This document shows, piece after piece, positions 25,624 to 34,991 of a stretch of 46,096 nt of DNA. The DNA is taken from positions 1 through 46,096 of the IMG/VR virus record IMGVR_UViG_3300030397_000415, one strand, 5' to 3'. Every line of letters begins with the position of its first letter. Position 1 is the first letter of the stretch. The translations under genes were made by a program, and so were the position numbers. This DNA is from a virus. Taxonomy: Duplodnaviria > Caudoviricetes. The notes beneath the pieces were generated by a model, which was not told the DNA's origin, did no database searches, and saw nothing but the letters and a program-made list of their open reading frames with translations.

Positions 25624-28088
25624 TATCCGATCCCTAGACTTTGTCTGACTTCGCGGTTTCGAGTACTGATGACAGCCATGATAGCGTCACCACCTTCGCT
25701 GCTCTGCATCTCAGAAGGAATCTCACTGCGATCATTGACAACAATGATGTTCGGAGGAGCCACATTCACGACAGGAGCGGCGGCACTGACCGAGCTTCCA
25801 CGCCCCACGTTAGCAATCATGTTCTCGGTTGCAGCGTTGGGGATGATTCGTCCACTCTGACTAGGAATGAACAGCTCGCGTCCGCCCTCACCTACAAGGA
25901 AGGGTTCTCCCGCAGTCACAGGACCTCCGGCTTGCCGGCCGGGAACATTATTCGTACTAAGAACGTTTTGGGTTCCAGAGGCGATTGCGTTACCAATACC
26001 AGAGCCAGCCTCTACACCGATAGCTTCTTGCAAAGCTTTGATCAGCAACAGACGTGCAATCAAAGCAAGAGAATCAGCCAAGAAGTTACGAACGAAGAGC
26101 TCGAAATCAATCTCACCAGTCTTAATGAATTCGACAAGCGCATCGGTAGCTTGGTTGATGCCAATGACGGCCACACCAACAAGTGCATCCTGCACAAGGT
26201 TGGCGTTTTCTTCGACCATCTTCAGCCCTTCGCCTTCGGAGTTGACCTTGGCCAGTGCTCGCTGGAATGCTTCCGCTGCCGAAGCACCTTCGCTCATAGC
26301 GAGGTTGAACTCCATTTGGGCGATTGCCTGGAGTCGAGTCGTGTTGACGCTGTTCAGCCCAAATCGATTCGCCTCTTCCAGAAGCACGTTCCGGCGCGTC
26401 AAGATTCCCAAGAACTCGAGCTGGCTGTTGAGCTCTTCGTCGGAGACTCCTGCAGCACGAAGGGCAGATTCTGCCTGAAGAAGAGCGTTTTGTACTCGCC
26501 TCTCTTCGTTAGTCTGCATCAACAGATCTCGTTGACGTTGGAGATCAGTCACAAGATCCGCAAACACACTCGAAGGTTCGACACTCATGATCGCATCGCG
26601 GAAGATCATGAGTTGAGCGTTGTATTGTTCGAAGGTGATTTGCCCAGTCATCAGCAGAGCTAGAAGTTGCTCTTGCTGGCGGTTGAACACTTCGGCAGGA
26701 CCGTTGATCTGCTCAAGAATCTCAGTCTGAAGCTGGATAGCTTGGTTCTCTTGGAGCCTTTCGCGGATCAGTGCTCTTTGGTCCTGAGTGAACCCCGTGA
26801 AGGTAGCGCCAAGTTCGCGGCGAGCTTGATTCTCCAGCCGCAGCAGGCTAACTTCGACTTCACGGGCATTAGAGTTCAGTTCCAAAAGCCTTCGCTGCTC
26901 GCTGAGCTGGCTATTCGCAAAAGCCAGATTCAACTGCTCCTGAGCTGCCACTTGCTCCCTCGACCGTTGAGTCAAGCGCTCTAGTGCTTGCTCAGCCTCC
27001 CTTAGGAACCTTTGTACCGTCGCTCGGGATCGCTGAACTTCCCCGATTCGTTCGGCAATATCGAACCCAAGATCGACTCCTTGGGCTTGTGCTGTAAACA
27101 GTCCGTCGATCTGGACCTGAAGTCGTTCCAAGTTTCCCTGAAGAGCAGTAACTCTTTGAAGAGCCTCAGAGAATTGAGTACTCAGAGGCTGACGAGCTTC
27201 TCGCCTCTCTTCGAGAGCGGCACTAAGCTGTTGGTTGAATCTTCCGAGTGCTCCCGTCAGTCTATCTACGATAGGAATACTGTTAGCTAGCTCGTTAATC
27301 GCCCCGATGGTGTTCGACGCAAACAGAGTCACCTGTACGAGTCCTCGCCCAAACTGTTGGGATCTGTCGGCAGTCTCGACAAGGCGATTCCTGAGAAGAG
27401 TCAATGCTTGCCCAATAGTAGGTACAGTGCGCGCAAATCGATCTGCCAGCTCTTCACGAGCTTCGGCAAACGCATTGAAGATGACTTCACCTGTAATGGC
27501 CCCTTCTCTACCAAGCTCTCTCAGCTCGCCCCTGGTTCTTCCTAGAGAGTTGGCGATAACATCAGCCACAACGGGCAGCTGCTCCAGCACCGAGCGAAGC
27601 TCATCGCCTCGTAGAGTGCCTGAAGCGATACCCTGAGACAACTGAATCAACGCTGCGTTTGCCTCTCTAGTTCCAGCACCCGAGATCACGATAGCTTGGT
27701 TCAGGCTTTCCGTGAAGTTGATCAGTTGTTGCTGGTTGACGCCTAGCTCTCTAGAGTTAATAGCTAGACGGGAGAAGAGTTCTGTGACTCCTCTAAACGA
27801 GGTTCTAGTTCTCTCCGCTACTGCGGCCAACTGCAACTGAACTTGAACTAGTTCTTGCGCGCTAGTCGTGACAACACGAAGTCTGTTTTGGATAGTCTGA
27901 AAGGTGTCGGCTAGTCGAACATATTCCCTGATCGCTAGCCCAACACCGATAGCTCGGAAAACGTTCCTTAGAGTTCTCTGTAGAGATCTTCCTCGCCGCT
28001 CTACATTCTGTAGAGACTGCTCAACTTGTCCAGTTCCCCTAATGACACCACTAGGGTCAAGAACAGCTTCAATAGTGAACTGAACTAT
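25623..28088 (-). CDS. Tail tape measure protein (~821 aa, probable ATA start)
   Basis: Tape-measure motifs QLSQGIASGTLRGDELRSVLEQ and C-terminal GGPV..LVGEGGRELFIP. The frame stays open 252 nt upstream of the ORF-track TTG, up to ATA 28088, preceded by GGAGG. Confidence 0.9.
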   Translation of the reverse strand: MVQFTIEAVLDPSGVIRGTGQVEQSLQNVERRGRSLQRTLRNVFRAIGVGLAIREYVRLADTFQTIQNRLRVVTTSAQELVQVQLQLAAVAERTRTSFRGVTELFSRLAINSRELGVNQQQLINFTESLNQAIVISGAGTREANAALIQLSQGIASGTLRGDELRSVLEQLPVVADVIANSLGRTRGELRELGREGAITGEVIFNAFAEAREELADRFARTVPTIGQALTLLRNRLVETADRSQQFGRGLVQVTLFASNTIGAINELANSIPIVDRLTGALGRFNQQLSAALEERREARQPLSTQFSEALQRVTALQGNLERLQVQIDGLFTAQAQGVDLGFDIAERIGEVQRSRATVQRFLREAEQALERLTQRSREQVAAQEQLNLAFANSQLSEQRRLLELNSNAREVEVSLLRLENQARRELGATFTGFTQDQRALIRERLQENQAIQLQTEILEQINGPAEVFNRQQEQLLALLMTGQITFEQYNAQLMIFRDAIMSVEPSSVFADLVTDLQRQRDLLMQTNEERRVQNALLQAESALRAAGVSDEELNSQLEFLGILTRRNVLLEEANRFGLNSVNTTRLQAIAQMEFNLAMSEGASAAEAFQRALAKVNSEGEGLKMVEENANLVQDALVGVAVIGINQATDALVEFIKTGEIDFELFVRNFLADSLALIARLLLIKALQEAIGVEAGSGIGNAIASGTQNVLSTNNVPGRQAGGPVTAGEPFLVGEGGRELFIPSQSGRIIPNAATENMIANVGRGSSVSAAAPVVNVAPPNIIVVNDRSEIPSEMQSSEGGDAIMAVISTRNREVRQSLGIG

Positions 28089-28396
28089 TTGGCAGCCTCC
28101 TTCATCTTCTCAGCAACATGATCTAAGAAATGGTTATCTAGTCGCTGGATGACATCAACAAACAACTCAGTAGACGCATACCCGAGGCCGAGCTTTTCAG
28201 CACGATCTTCGATACGCGACACAGGAATCCTTCCGGGAACTTGACCCATGCTGCGTTCTGAATCTAGTCTCCAGAACTGACGGATATAGATCTCATCACC
28301 AAACGGCAGGATAGGCTCATTCTGGAGCCATTCGGGATCCTTGCGGCCTTTCTTGTATCCCTGGAGGACTGAAAATTCCATCTTGGAGTATCTCAT
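28085..28396 (-). CDS. Tail assembly chaperone, frameshift-extension part (gpT-like)
   Basis: FWRLDSER..GRIP motif; in the -1 frame of the upstream gene and open back through GGGAAAC. Confidence 0.75.
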   Translation of the reverse strand: MRYSKMEFSVLQGYKKGRKDPEWLQNEPILPFGDEIYIRQFWRLDSERSMGQVPGRIPVSRIEDRAEKLGLGYASTELFVDVIQRLDNHFLDHVAEKMKEAAK

Positions 28397-28416
28397 CTCC
28401 CAGAGAAGCCGCTCCT

Positions 28417-28851
28417 TTAGTTTCCCACCAGATCCTCGACTTCTTCTTCGTCGGGGAGGTCCTCTTCTTCAGGCATGAAGTTGTTAATGTCCTGACAGAA
28501 GTCACGATAGTCATCAAACATATGGACCGGGATAGACCGGAAGAAGAGTTCCATATGCTCGTCGCCTGCGGGGCTGCCGTCCGACAGCAGCGGGCGTTCC
28601 TCGAAGCCTTTAGCCACAAACTGAGGGAACAGCTTGTAATCGCTCTCGCGAGCTTCTTGGATCATTTGGGTAGTGACCCCAGCTGCTTTAGCTCGCCGAA
28701 CGTTCTTGCGGGAACGCTTCAGAAAAGCATCGAAATACTTAGAGTTACGCTCGGTGGCGTCAATGGTTCGAATAGAAGGCCGACCTTTGATTCCTTCGAA
28801 TACAAAGAGGCGCTCATTTTCGGGGGTCGCGAAGTTGAATTTTGCAGTCAT
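28417..28851 (-). CDS. Tail assembly chaperone (gpG-like)
   Basis: Between tail tube and tape measure; ends ..LVGN* on a slippery heptamer. Confidence 0.8.
   Translation of the reverse strand: MTAKFNFATPENERLFVFEGIKGRPSIRTIDATERNSKYFDAFLKRSRKNVRRAKAAGVTTQMIQEARESDYKLFPQFVAKGFEERPLLSDGSPAGDEHMELFFRSIPVHMFDDYRDFCQDINNFMPEEEDLPDEEEVEDLVGN
28420..28426 (-). other. Programmed -1 ribosomal frameshift site G GGA AAC
   Basis: X XXY YYZ heptamer immediately before TAA; the -1 frame reads GGG AAA CTA AAG GAG CGG CTT CTC TGG GAG ATG into the next ORF. Confidence 0.85.
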
Positions 28852-28852
28852 T

Positions 28853-30376
28853 TTAAGAGGTTGGGAGAACCGGGAACCAGGTGAAACTCACCGAGTTCGA
28901 GAGAGTAGCATCTTGGAAAGCTTGGCCGGTCAGGTTCAGCTTAACAAGTTCGTTCTGAGGGAAGGTCGGCTGGCCATCACCGAGAGTCATACTCGGAATA
29001 TCGATCCGCAAAGCACCGTCACTGTTCACGAGGAAAAGATCCATAGTGACAGTATCGTTGTTGCGGATAGCAGCGATGATGTCTTCTTCGGTGAAGACAA
29101 CCTCAGCCTCAAGATCGACAAGCAAGTTGCCAATGTTAAGGAATTTCGAGCCGAGGAAACCAATAACCTTCTCGCCAGTGACCTGGTTGTTGAGAGTCAG
29201 GGTCATCGATTTGAAGTCAGTCGTCAGTGCAGTTTCGTCTTGTTTCTCGATACGAAGCCGGATAACTTCCGATGCTGTCGAGAAAGAATCCGTATCACGC
29301 AAAGCAACCGTGATTCCATCCGTAGCCTGCTGAGTAGCACTTGGGTTGTTGGTATCAGTACCGACGAACCCAAAGGTGAGGGTAGCTTTGTCAGTCAGAG
29401 GAACGTTGATCCCCATCGTGTTAGCTAGGTTCGTGATCGGCCGCATATAGCGAGTAGCAGAGGCAGCTCCTAGGTTGGGAAGAGCAGCTTCAAACCGAAT
29501 ACGATTCTCTTGGAAATTGCTGTCGTTGACTCCGACGTTGGTCAGGTAGGGACCGTAGAGAAGATCGACAGAAGCCGCAGCTTGATCGCCACCCCCGGAA
29601 AGACCAGAACCAAGGTGGTTCTCTACTTTGTCCAGAACAATTGAGGCAGTAGCAATGCTGACGATTCTACCAACAGCGGTTCCAGTCGTAAACCTTTCCC
29701 CACTCGTTTCGCCCCCGATGTAGACAGACATACCGGCAACTAGCCCAAGAGTGGTTAGGTCCGTACCTGCCGAACCGATAGTAGTAGTTGCGTCAGTCCA
29801 AGTCAGGTCAGTGAAGCGATGACCATACACGACGAACTCCGCACCAGTACTGATAGCAGGAGTTCCATCGTTAATGCCCGGCGTGGTGGTGATACCCGTC
29901 GCCGTAGTTGTGCTGTTAGTTGCGTCGACAACGAACTTACCATTAGCATCAGAATCCGCAAAGTTGCGAGTCTTGATGAGGTCGTTCGTCACTAGGGCAG
30001 TGCTCAGAGCAAGAGAACCACCATGATCAAAGCCTTCGTCGCCTCCACCAACATCGTCATTGGAAGAGAGGTTAGTGCCGTCTGCTTCTCGGACCGGAGG
30101 ACCTTGGAAATTCGCGAAGGTGAAGCTAGGAGCAAAGATCCGGAAGTGGTCGAGGGTAAGATCTCCTTCCCACTCGATGCCGGAGTCAAGATCGGTAGTC
30201 TTACCTTTTTGCTGCTGTCGGTTGTCCGAGATAGGGTTACGAGGAGTCGTACTGATCTCCGCACCAAGACCAGAGATATCGTTGGGTTCCAGACGATACC
30301 AAGTGGTCGGCGTAGCTGCCGAGGCGCCCTCGATACCTACACGGAGAGAAGTAAAGTTTGTCTTGACTTCAGCCAT
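28853..30376 (-). CDS. Major tail tube protein (Phage_tube_3-like)
   Basis: LEPN....GAEI....RNPIS..RQ..KG.TTDLD N-terminal motif; LTLNNQV, IDIP. Confidence 0.85.
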   Translation of the reverse strand: MAEVKTNFTSLRVGIEGASAATPTTWYRLEPNDISGLGAEISTTPRNPISDNRQQQKGKTTDLDSGIEWEGDLTLDHFRIFAPSFTFANFQGPPVREADGTNLSSNDDVGGGDEGFDHGGSLALSTALVTNDLIKTRNFADSDANGKFVVDATNSTTTATGITTTPGINDGTPAISTGAEFVVYGHRFTDLTWTDATTTIGSAGTDLTTLGLVAGMSVYIGGETSGERFTTGTAVGRIVSIATASIVLDKVENHLGSGLSGGGDQAAASVDLLYGPYLTNVGVNDSNFQENRIRFEAALPNLGAASATRYMRPITNLANTMGINVPLTDKATLTFGFVGTDTNNPSATQQATDGITVALRDTDSFSTASEVIRLRIEKQDETALTTDFKSMTLTLNNQVTGEKVIGFLGSKFLNIGNLLVDLEAEVVFTEEDIIAAIRNNDTVTMDLFLVNSDGALRIDIPSMTLGDGQPTFPQNELVKLNLTGQAFQDATLSNSVSFTWFPVLPTS

Positions 30377-30378
30377 AG

Positions 30379-30804
30379 CTATTTTATTTGGTAGTAATCA
30401 AAGGCGATATCGAGATTGATGATATACCATTTACCATCTACCCCGACTTCTTGAGTAGTTGCGTCCTGATAGTCAATACCATCAACGCAGACTCCCTCAA
30501 ACAAAGTACGAGCGGTATCGAGATATTCGTCCCCAGCTCCTCGACCATTCTTCTCCAGAGTGAGGATACTCGCAGTAAGTATTCCTTCCCGGAGGTAGCG
30601 GCGATTGCCAGTGTTCCCAAAGGTGTTGAGAGCACTGTCGGTATGCCGTACAGTCCAGCGCACCCAGGGGTCAGTTCCTTGCGCCAGGTCCACTCCGTTA
30701 CTGTCTTTCTCGTCTTCATCGAAGAGAAAAGCAGTAGCAGTCCAATTGTCGATTACTCTCTTATAGATAGCATCGATGGCTGCGGATTGCGTGAGGCTGG
30801 TCAA
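30379..30804 (-). CDS. Tail terminator protein
   Basis: PWVRWTVRH, REG, FEG, WY..N motifs; position before the tail tube. Confidence 0.75.
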   Translation of the reverse strand: MTSLTQSAAIDAIYKRVIDNWTATAFLFDEDEKDSNGVDLAQGTDPWVRWTVRHTDSALNTFGNTGNRRYLREGILTASILTLEKNGRGAGDEYLDTARTLFEGVCVDGIDYQDATTQEVGVDGKWYIINLDIAFDYYQIK

Positions 30805-31184
30805 AGTTCTGCCCTTCTCTCGTTCTTTCGTATCGCCCTCAGCAGAGCTCTTTGTACGAAATTAGCAGGCGCCTGGGTAGAGCTGCCCGCGTTGAGGAGA
30901 TTGATGTAAGGTACTCGATTAGTGATGAAGATTTGGCCTCTCTCTTTTCGATAAGAGAGAAGCTCAACAGCGGAAGCTTGTTGCGGGCCTAGAGAAAATC
31001 TCTCCGGAGACCCAATAGGATCGTCTGAACGAGGACTTCCGATATTGGCGATCCAGTTTGCCCGGGCCCATCCACTTAGTACAGGAGTCGTCTCCACAAG
31101 ATTAGCAAGAGTATCCAAGGCAACCGCACGAATAGCTCCGTCCGATCTCTCGTGGAGTGCTTGGATGACTACTCTTACAGACAT
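30801..31184 (-). CDS. Neck / tail completion protein (HK97 gp10-like)
   Basis: TPV.SG.ARANW, NRVPYI..LN.GSS.QAP..FV. Confidence 0.8.
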   Translation of the reverse strand: MSVRVVIQALHERSDGAIRAVALDTLANLVETTPVLSGWARANWIANIGSPRSDDPIGSPERFSLGPQQASAVELLSYRKERGQIFITNRVPYINLLNAGSSTQAPANFVQRALLRAIRKNERRAEL

Positions 31185-31424
31185 CTAGAAGGGACTCTTC
31201 TTGACTTCCTTAGGACGGCCTGGTTTTCGTTTCGGGACGGGAGTAATCCAGCCCATATCAAGGAGCCGATCAATTTGGCGCTGGCCTAGTTGAAAGGCAC
31301 TGCGAGGGACGCGATCACCCTTACGATACGTATCGTCGCCAAGCGCTAGCTCAACACGCTCAAGAATGAAAGCATCCCCCGAAGATTCAGGCTGCTTTGG
31401 GGAGAAATTCAGCAGTCCGTACAT
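31185..31424 (-). CDS. Hypothetical virion-module protein
   Basis: TAATG coupling to the capsid gene; basic C-terminus KRKPGRPK. Confidence 0.6.
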   Translation of the reverse strand: MYGLLNFSPKQPESSGDAFILERVELALGDDTYRKGDRVPRSAFQLGQRQIDRLLDMGWITPVPKRKPGRPKEVKKSPF

Positions 31425-32404
31425 TAAGCAAGCACGTTTTCGAAGAAGTGACCCATGTCGGCAGACACGAGCTTCTGATCGTAGCTTTGCTCCATCTCAA
31501 CTCGATCACTTTGGGTGAGGTCCGAGCGCATGCGCGTGATACGCATACCGTTCGCAGCCGTCCCAAAGAGGCCAGTCCAGACAAAGGTATAGCCAGCACT
31601 CGGCGTGTAGAGGCCCGCACTCGGAGCAACATACAGCAGCAGAGCCCCATCACTGAGGATGAAGTTAAGGTCATTAGTAGCACCTTCAGCAGCGGTGTTC
31701 TCGATAGCGCCCCCAACCAGAATACGCTCGACGTCGAACACCTGAGCCAGGATCTGGTCAGTAGTCAAAGCCGGGTTCTGGGCGCCCGAGAACTTGATAC
31801 GATCGATGATCGTGTCGTTGTCGAGCAGAGCTTGGCGGACATCAAAAGGCAGAATCAACGTGTTGGCTTTCTTGCCAGTGCGTTGCATGATGCCAGTATG
31901 GCCGGCACGAATCTGGTTGATAGGGGTCGAACCAGAGGCAGCGTTCCACTGCGTACCAGCACCGACGTTAGTAGCGCCAGTCCAGACACTCGTGGTGAAG
32001 AAATCGTTCGCCCAATCCTTTTCCCGGCGGATGAGCGCCTGATGGGTCAGGAGATCGACAGCTTCAGCATCGAGATCAAAGTTGGCATCAGCATTAGAGC
32101 GCCGACGATCAGAGATGTCGTGATGGAGGCCATAGACATCGCAGAAGTACGGGCTCGTAGAGACCGAGTAGCCAACACCTTTGGACTCAGTACCTTCCGC
32201 GCGCTTCTCCATCTCGTTACGCCAGAAGAAACCACGATCATACTCGTAGTAGGTGTTAGACTGCTGCTCGGACGGCACGGGCGTGAAGGCCCGATCTGCC
32301 ACGAACATATCTTGTTCCTGAGCGTAGTGAACACTCAGGTTAGTCAGCGGACGGTTGACGTGGACATCACTCGCCGTCGGCTGGGATTTGCGGATAAATT
32401 CCAT
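31424..32404 (-). CDS. Major capsid protein (lambda gpE-like)
   Basis: DVHVNRPLTNLSV.Y.Q..FVADR.F..VP; PSAGYTF.W; QKLVSADMG; AAAGGA upstream. Confidence 0.88.
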   Translation of the reverse strand: MEFIRKSQPTASDVHVNRPLTNLSVHYAQEQDMFVADRAFTPVPSEQQSNTYYEYDRGFFWRNEMEKRAEGTESKGVGYSVSTSPYFCDVYGLHHDISDRRRSNADANFDLDAEAVDLLTHQALIRREKDWANDFFTTSVWTGATNVGAGTQWNAASGSTPINQIRAGHTGIMQRTGKKANTLILPFDVRQALLDNDTIIDRIKFSGAQNPALTTDQILAQVFDVERILVGGAIENTAAEGATNDLNFILSDGALLLYVAPSAGLYTPSAGYTFVWTGLFGTAANGMRITRMRSDLTQSDRVEMEQSYDQKLVSADMGHFFENVLA

Positions 32405-32423
32405 TAGATCAAAATCCTTTCAA

Positions 32424-32798
32424 TTAGGCGAGGATGTGCTTGGAAACAAGCAGCACAGAAACAACTTCGCCAGCAGCACCAGTCTGAAGGGCTTTACCCA
32501 AGACGTGGTCGCCAGTAGCGGCAGCGATAGCTTCCCCGTTGGCGTCAGACTGAACCTTTTGGCCAGCAGTAACACCTCCGGTTCCGACAACGAGCTTAGC
32601 AACTCCGCCAAAGCACATTTCGGCAGCCTTACCGGCAGCGTCAGGCTTGTTCAGGAGAACGCCATCAGCGTCGCCCCCGGCAGAGGAGACAGCATCAATT
32701 TGGCCGTCCGAAGCAATTACAACAAAGTGAAACTGGTTTGCAGAAAGATCACCCCCAGCTTCAAGGGTGATACTCATAGTCTTTTCGACGTATGCCAT
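32424..32798 (-). CDS. Capsid cement / decoration protein (DUF2190-like)
   Basis: Small Ala/Gly-rich protein with GVL.NKP, SDANG.A, G.AL..G.AGE. Confidence 0.78.
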   Translation of the reverse strand: MAYVEKTMSITLEAGGDLSANQFHFVVIASDGQIDAVSSAGGDADGVLLNKPDAAGKAAEMCFGGVAKLVVGTGGVTAGQKVQSDANGEAIAAATGDHVLGKALQTGAAGEVVSVLLVSKHILA

Positions 32799-32801
32799 GG
32801 T

Positions 32802-33941
32802 TTATGCCCCCTGACGCACGGTGGCGCGGTAGAGTTCTTGACCTTCTTGAGTCTTCAGGACTTCGTTGTAGGCCTCGTAAAAATCAGTTCCTTTTTCTTC
32901 GGCACGGCTCTTAGCGAGTCGTTCCAGCTGCTCCTCGGCGTCCGCCTTGGAAACGTTTTCCGTAGTCTCCGGAGCGAGAGTCGAACCCATGGAGCTGTTG
33001 ATCCGTTGGGTCAGCTCAGCGTAAGACTTCAGGATCGAAAGACCAGCTTTCGTCTTGGCCAGTGCCGAGACAACTTCAAGCTTTTCTTCGTTACTAGGAG
33101 CCGGGAAGTTCAGGCTATCAGCCGTCTTCTGGAGCTCGTTGTCTTCGCGCTGCTTTTTCATGACAGCCATCTCACGCTTTTGGTCGTCGAGTTGGCGCGC
33201 CATCTTCTCCACCATAGCACCGGCCGACTTATGGATTTCGTCGCCGTCCATCGTGGTATAGACCACAGGATCTTCGCCCTGAGTCTTGCTGATTTGCGCT
33301 TCCCGCGCATCCGAATCAAGCTTCAGGAACTCTTCCTGAGCGCTCTTCTCCAGACCGTCAAAGAAAGAGCGATGCTCAGGCGAGAGACCGGTCAGAGCAG
33401 TAAGTCGCTCAATCTCGGCCGTCTGCTTTTGCAGCTGCTCCTTTGCCGCCTCGAGTTCTTCGGCGGACTTGTCGATATCTTTGGACATTTCAGTTTCCTT
33501 ATCATTGTCCGCCGCAGTGGCGGCATCTCCGGAACCTTCGCCATTCGAAGATTCACCGGTGTCTGCTTTCATCTCCAAGACTTGGTGAGTGTGGCCTTCA
33601 GCCATCCCAATCGTGATGGAGCCATCCATGTTCTTGATCCAAGGGTGAGAGTGCCCAAACTCTTCGCCCTCGCTAACTTCGTGGGTCGTCATCCCACTAG
33701 TGCCGTCCGCAGCATCGATCAGGTGCTGATGACCTCCTACGACACTAAGCAGCATAGGACGACCCATATTCATCCCGGGGCCTTTTTCAAGCTGCTCTGA
33801 ATCCGCGTGCTTCATAAGCACCTGTCGAGCACCTTCTTGGGCAGGCTTCGTGACCGAAGAGAGCTCCGTGATGCGGAGCTTATTCATGCGGCGACGCTTC
33901 TTTTTCTTCTTGTCGCGGCCAGGGCCTTTATACTCTGTCAT
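32802..33941 (-). CDS. Capsid scaffolding protein with protease-associated N-terminus and His-rich insert
   Basis: ELSSVTKPAQEGA motif; HxH repeats; long charged coiled coil; position between protease and capsid. Confidence 0.65.
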   Translation of the reverse strand: MTEYKGPGRDKKKKKRRRMNKLRITELSSVTKPAQEGARQVLMKHADSEQLEKGPGMNMGRPMLLSVVGGHQHLIDAADGTSGMTTHEVSEGEEFGHSHPWIKNMDGSITIGMAEGHTHQVLEMKADTGESSNGEGSGDAATAADNDKETEMSKDIDKSAEELEAAKEQLQKQTAEIERLTALTGLSPEHRSFFDGLEKSAQEEFLKLDSDAREAQISKTQGEDPVVYTTMDGDEIHKSAGAMVEKMARQLDDQKREMAVMKKQREDNELQKTADSLNFPAPSNEEKLEVVSALAKTKAGLSILKSYAELTQRINSSMGSTLAPETTENVSKADAEEQLERLAKSRAEEKGTDFYEAYNEVLKTQEGQELYRATVRQGA

Positions 33942-34339
33942 TCAACTTCCTCGGAATCGATAACAAATCCCCCGATGCTGAAGCCGGAGTGCTCTCCGGA
34001 GCGGCATTTCTCCATCAGAGCGGGAGAAGGCTTGACCCCAACAATCCAGCCAGTCTGGGAACAGGAGATCCCAAGGGCTCTCTGAAGTTCCGCTGTGGCT
34101 GGTAGGGAGTGAATCATTACACCCTGGGCCTCACCAGTATGCATGTCCTTGATGACTCGGGAGTTCTCAATGAAGTCCGTCGCCGCTTCGAGCATCGCCT
34201 TCTCAGTGATATGATCGTCCTGGAGGTCGAAATAATCCACACCTTCTTCAGTGCAGACGATTCCCCACCCAAAAACGAGGCCCAAGTCTTCGTTTACTTG
34301 GGCTTTAGAGAAGTCGAGATAGACCTCAAAGTCGCGCAT
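33938..34339 (-). CDS. XkdF-like prohead serine protease
   Basis: LVFGW, DLQDD, DMH, GW.VG, GFSIGG. ATG 34339 chosen. Confidence 0.85.
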   Translation of the reverse strand: MRDFEVYLDFSKAQVNEDLGLVFGWGIVCTEEGVDYFDLQDDHITEKAMLEAATDFIENSRVIKDMHTGEAQGVMIHSLPATAELQRALGISCSQTGWIVGVKPSPALMEKCRSGEHSGFSIGGFVIDSEEVE

Positions 34340-34341
34340 AA

Positions 34342-34379
34342 GAGAAAAACAGACCAAGTCCCAGAAAAGGGACTTGGCC
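34342..34379 (-). terminator. Intrinsic-terminator-like hairpin directly upstream of the protease ATG
   Basis: Minus strand GGCCAAGTCCC-TTTTCT-GGGACTTGGTC-TGTTTTTCTC. Confidence 0.6.
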
Positions 34380-34509
34380 CTTCTCATATAGATCAACCTT
34401 CATATTCAAGAATTTGATCCTACAGGAAATTCCCGAGAAGTAAAGCCTCGCTGATCTGTGTTTACTTAGTTTTTACAGCGCGAGGCGAAATCCTGAGGTA
34501 TTGTTCAGC

Positions 34510-34695
34510 ATGAAACTCAAACTCAAAGGCGAACCTTACTCTCCCCCGGGCGCTTTCCAGAGTGCCCGGTCTCTAGTAGATCACTACGGTAGTGCTGAGA
34601 AGGCTATACTTACCCTGGAGGAGGAGGAATCTGATTCCTGGTTCATCATGGCAGTCCATGCTGCCCTCGTCCGCCTGAAAAAGAAAGGTCTGTAA
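34510..34695 (+). CDS. Small hypothetical protein, opposite strand to the virion operon
   Basis: ATG 34510; TAATG coupling to the next gene. Confidence 0.5.
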   Translation: MKLKLKGEPYSPPGAFQSARSLVDHYGSAEKAILTLEEEESDSWFIMAVHAALVRLKKKGL

Positions 34696-34907
34696 TGGCT
34701 GGAGGTGAAGAATGCGATCTCCGTGCAGAGAGAATTCAACGACAGAGAATGGAAGCACGAGAGGCTGAGATCAATCATCTCAGACGAAGAGAGGAAGTAT
34801 TGAGAAGATCAATCATCTATCTACGGGACGAACTCGTAGAGAAGGGTGAAACAATTCCCAAGGATTGGTTGTGGGAGAAACTTAGTCGAATTTTGGGGCA
34901 ACGATGA
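34695..34907 (+). CDS. Small coiled-coil hypothetical protein
   Basis: TAATG coupling; charged helical sequence. Confidence 0.5.
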   Translation: MAGGEECDLRAERIQRQRMEAREAEINHLRRREEVLRRSIIYLRDELVEKGETIPKDWLWEKLSRILGQR

Positions 34908-34991
34908 GCAGCTATCTTATTGAGCGTGAACCGACTTCGTTCAAGAAATTCAAGCCCGCAGCTAGAGAACTCTTCCGTAGAAGGAATCAGA

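Noticed and set aside
32355-33800. Long plus-strand ORFs (481 aa here; also 31397-32407, 25641-26663, 43971-44987, 9262-9984)
   Set aside because: Antisense shadows of well-supported minus-strand genes; no recognisable motifs.
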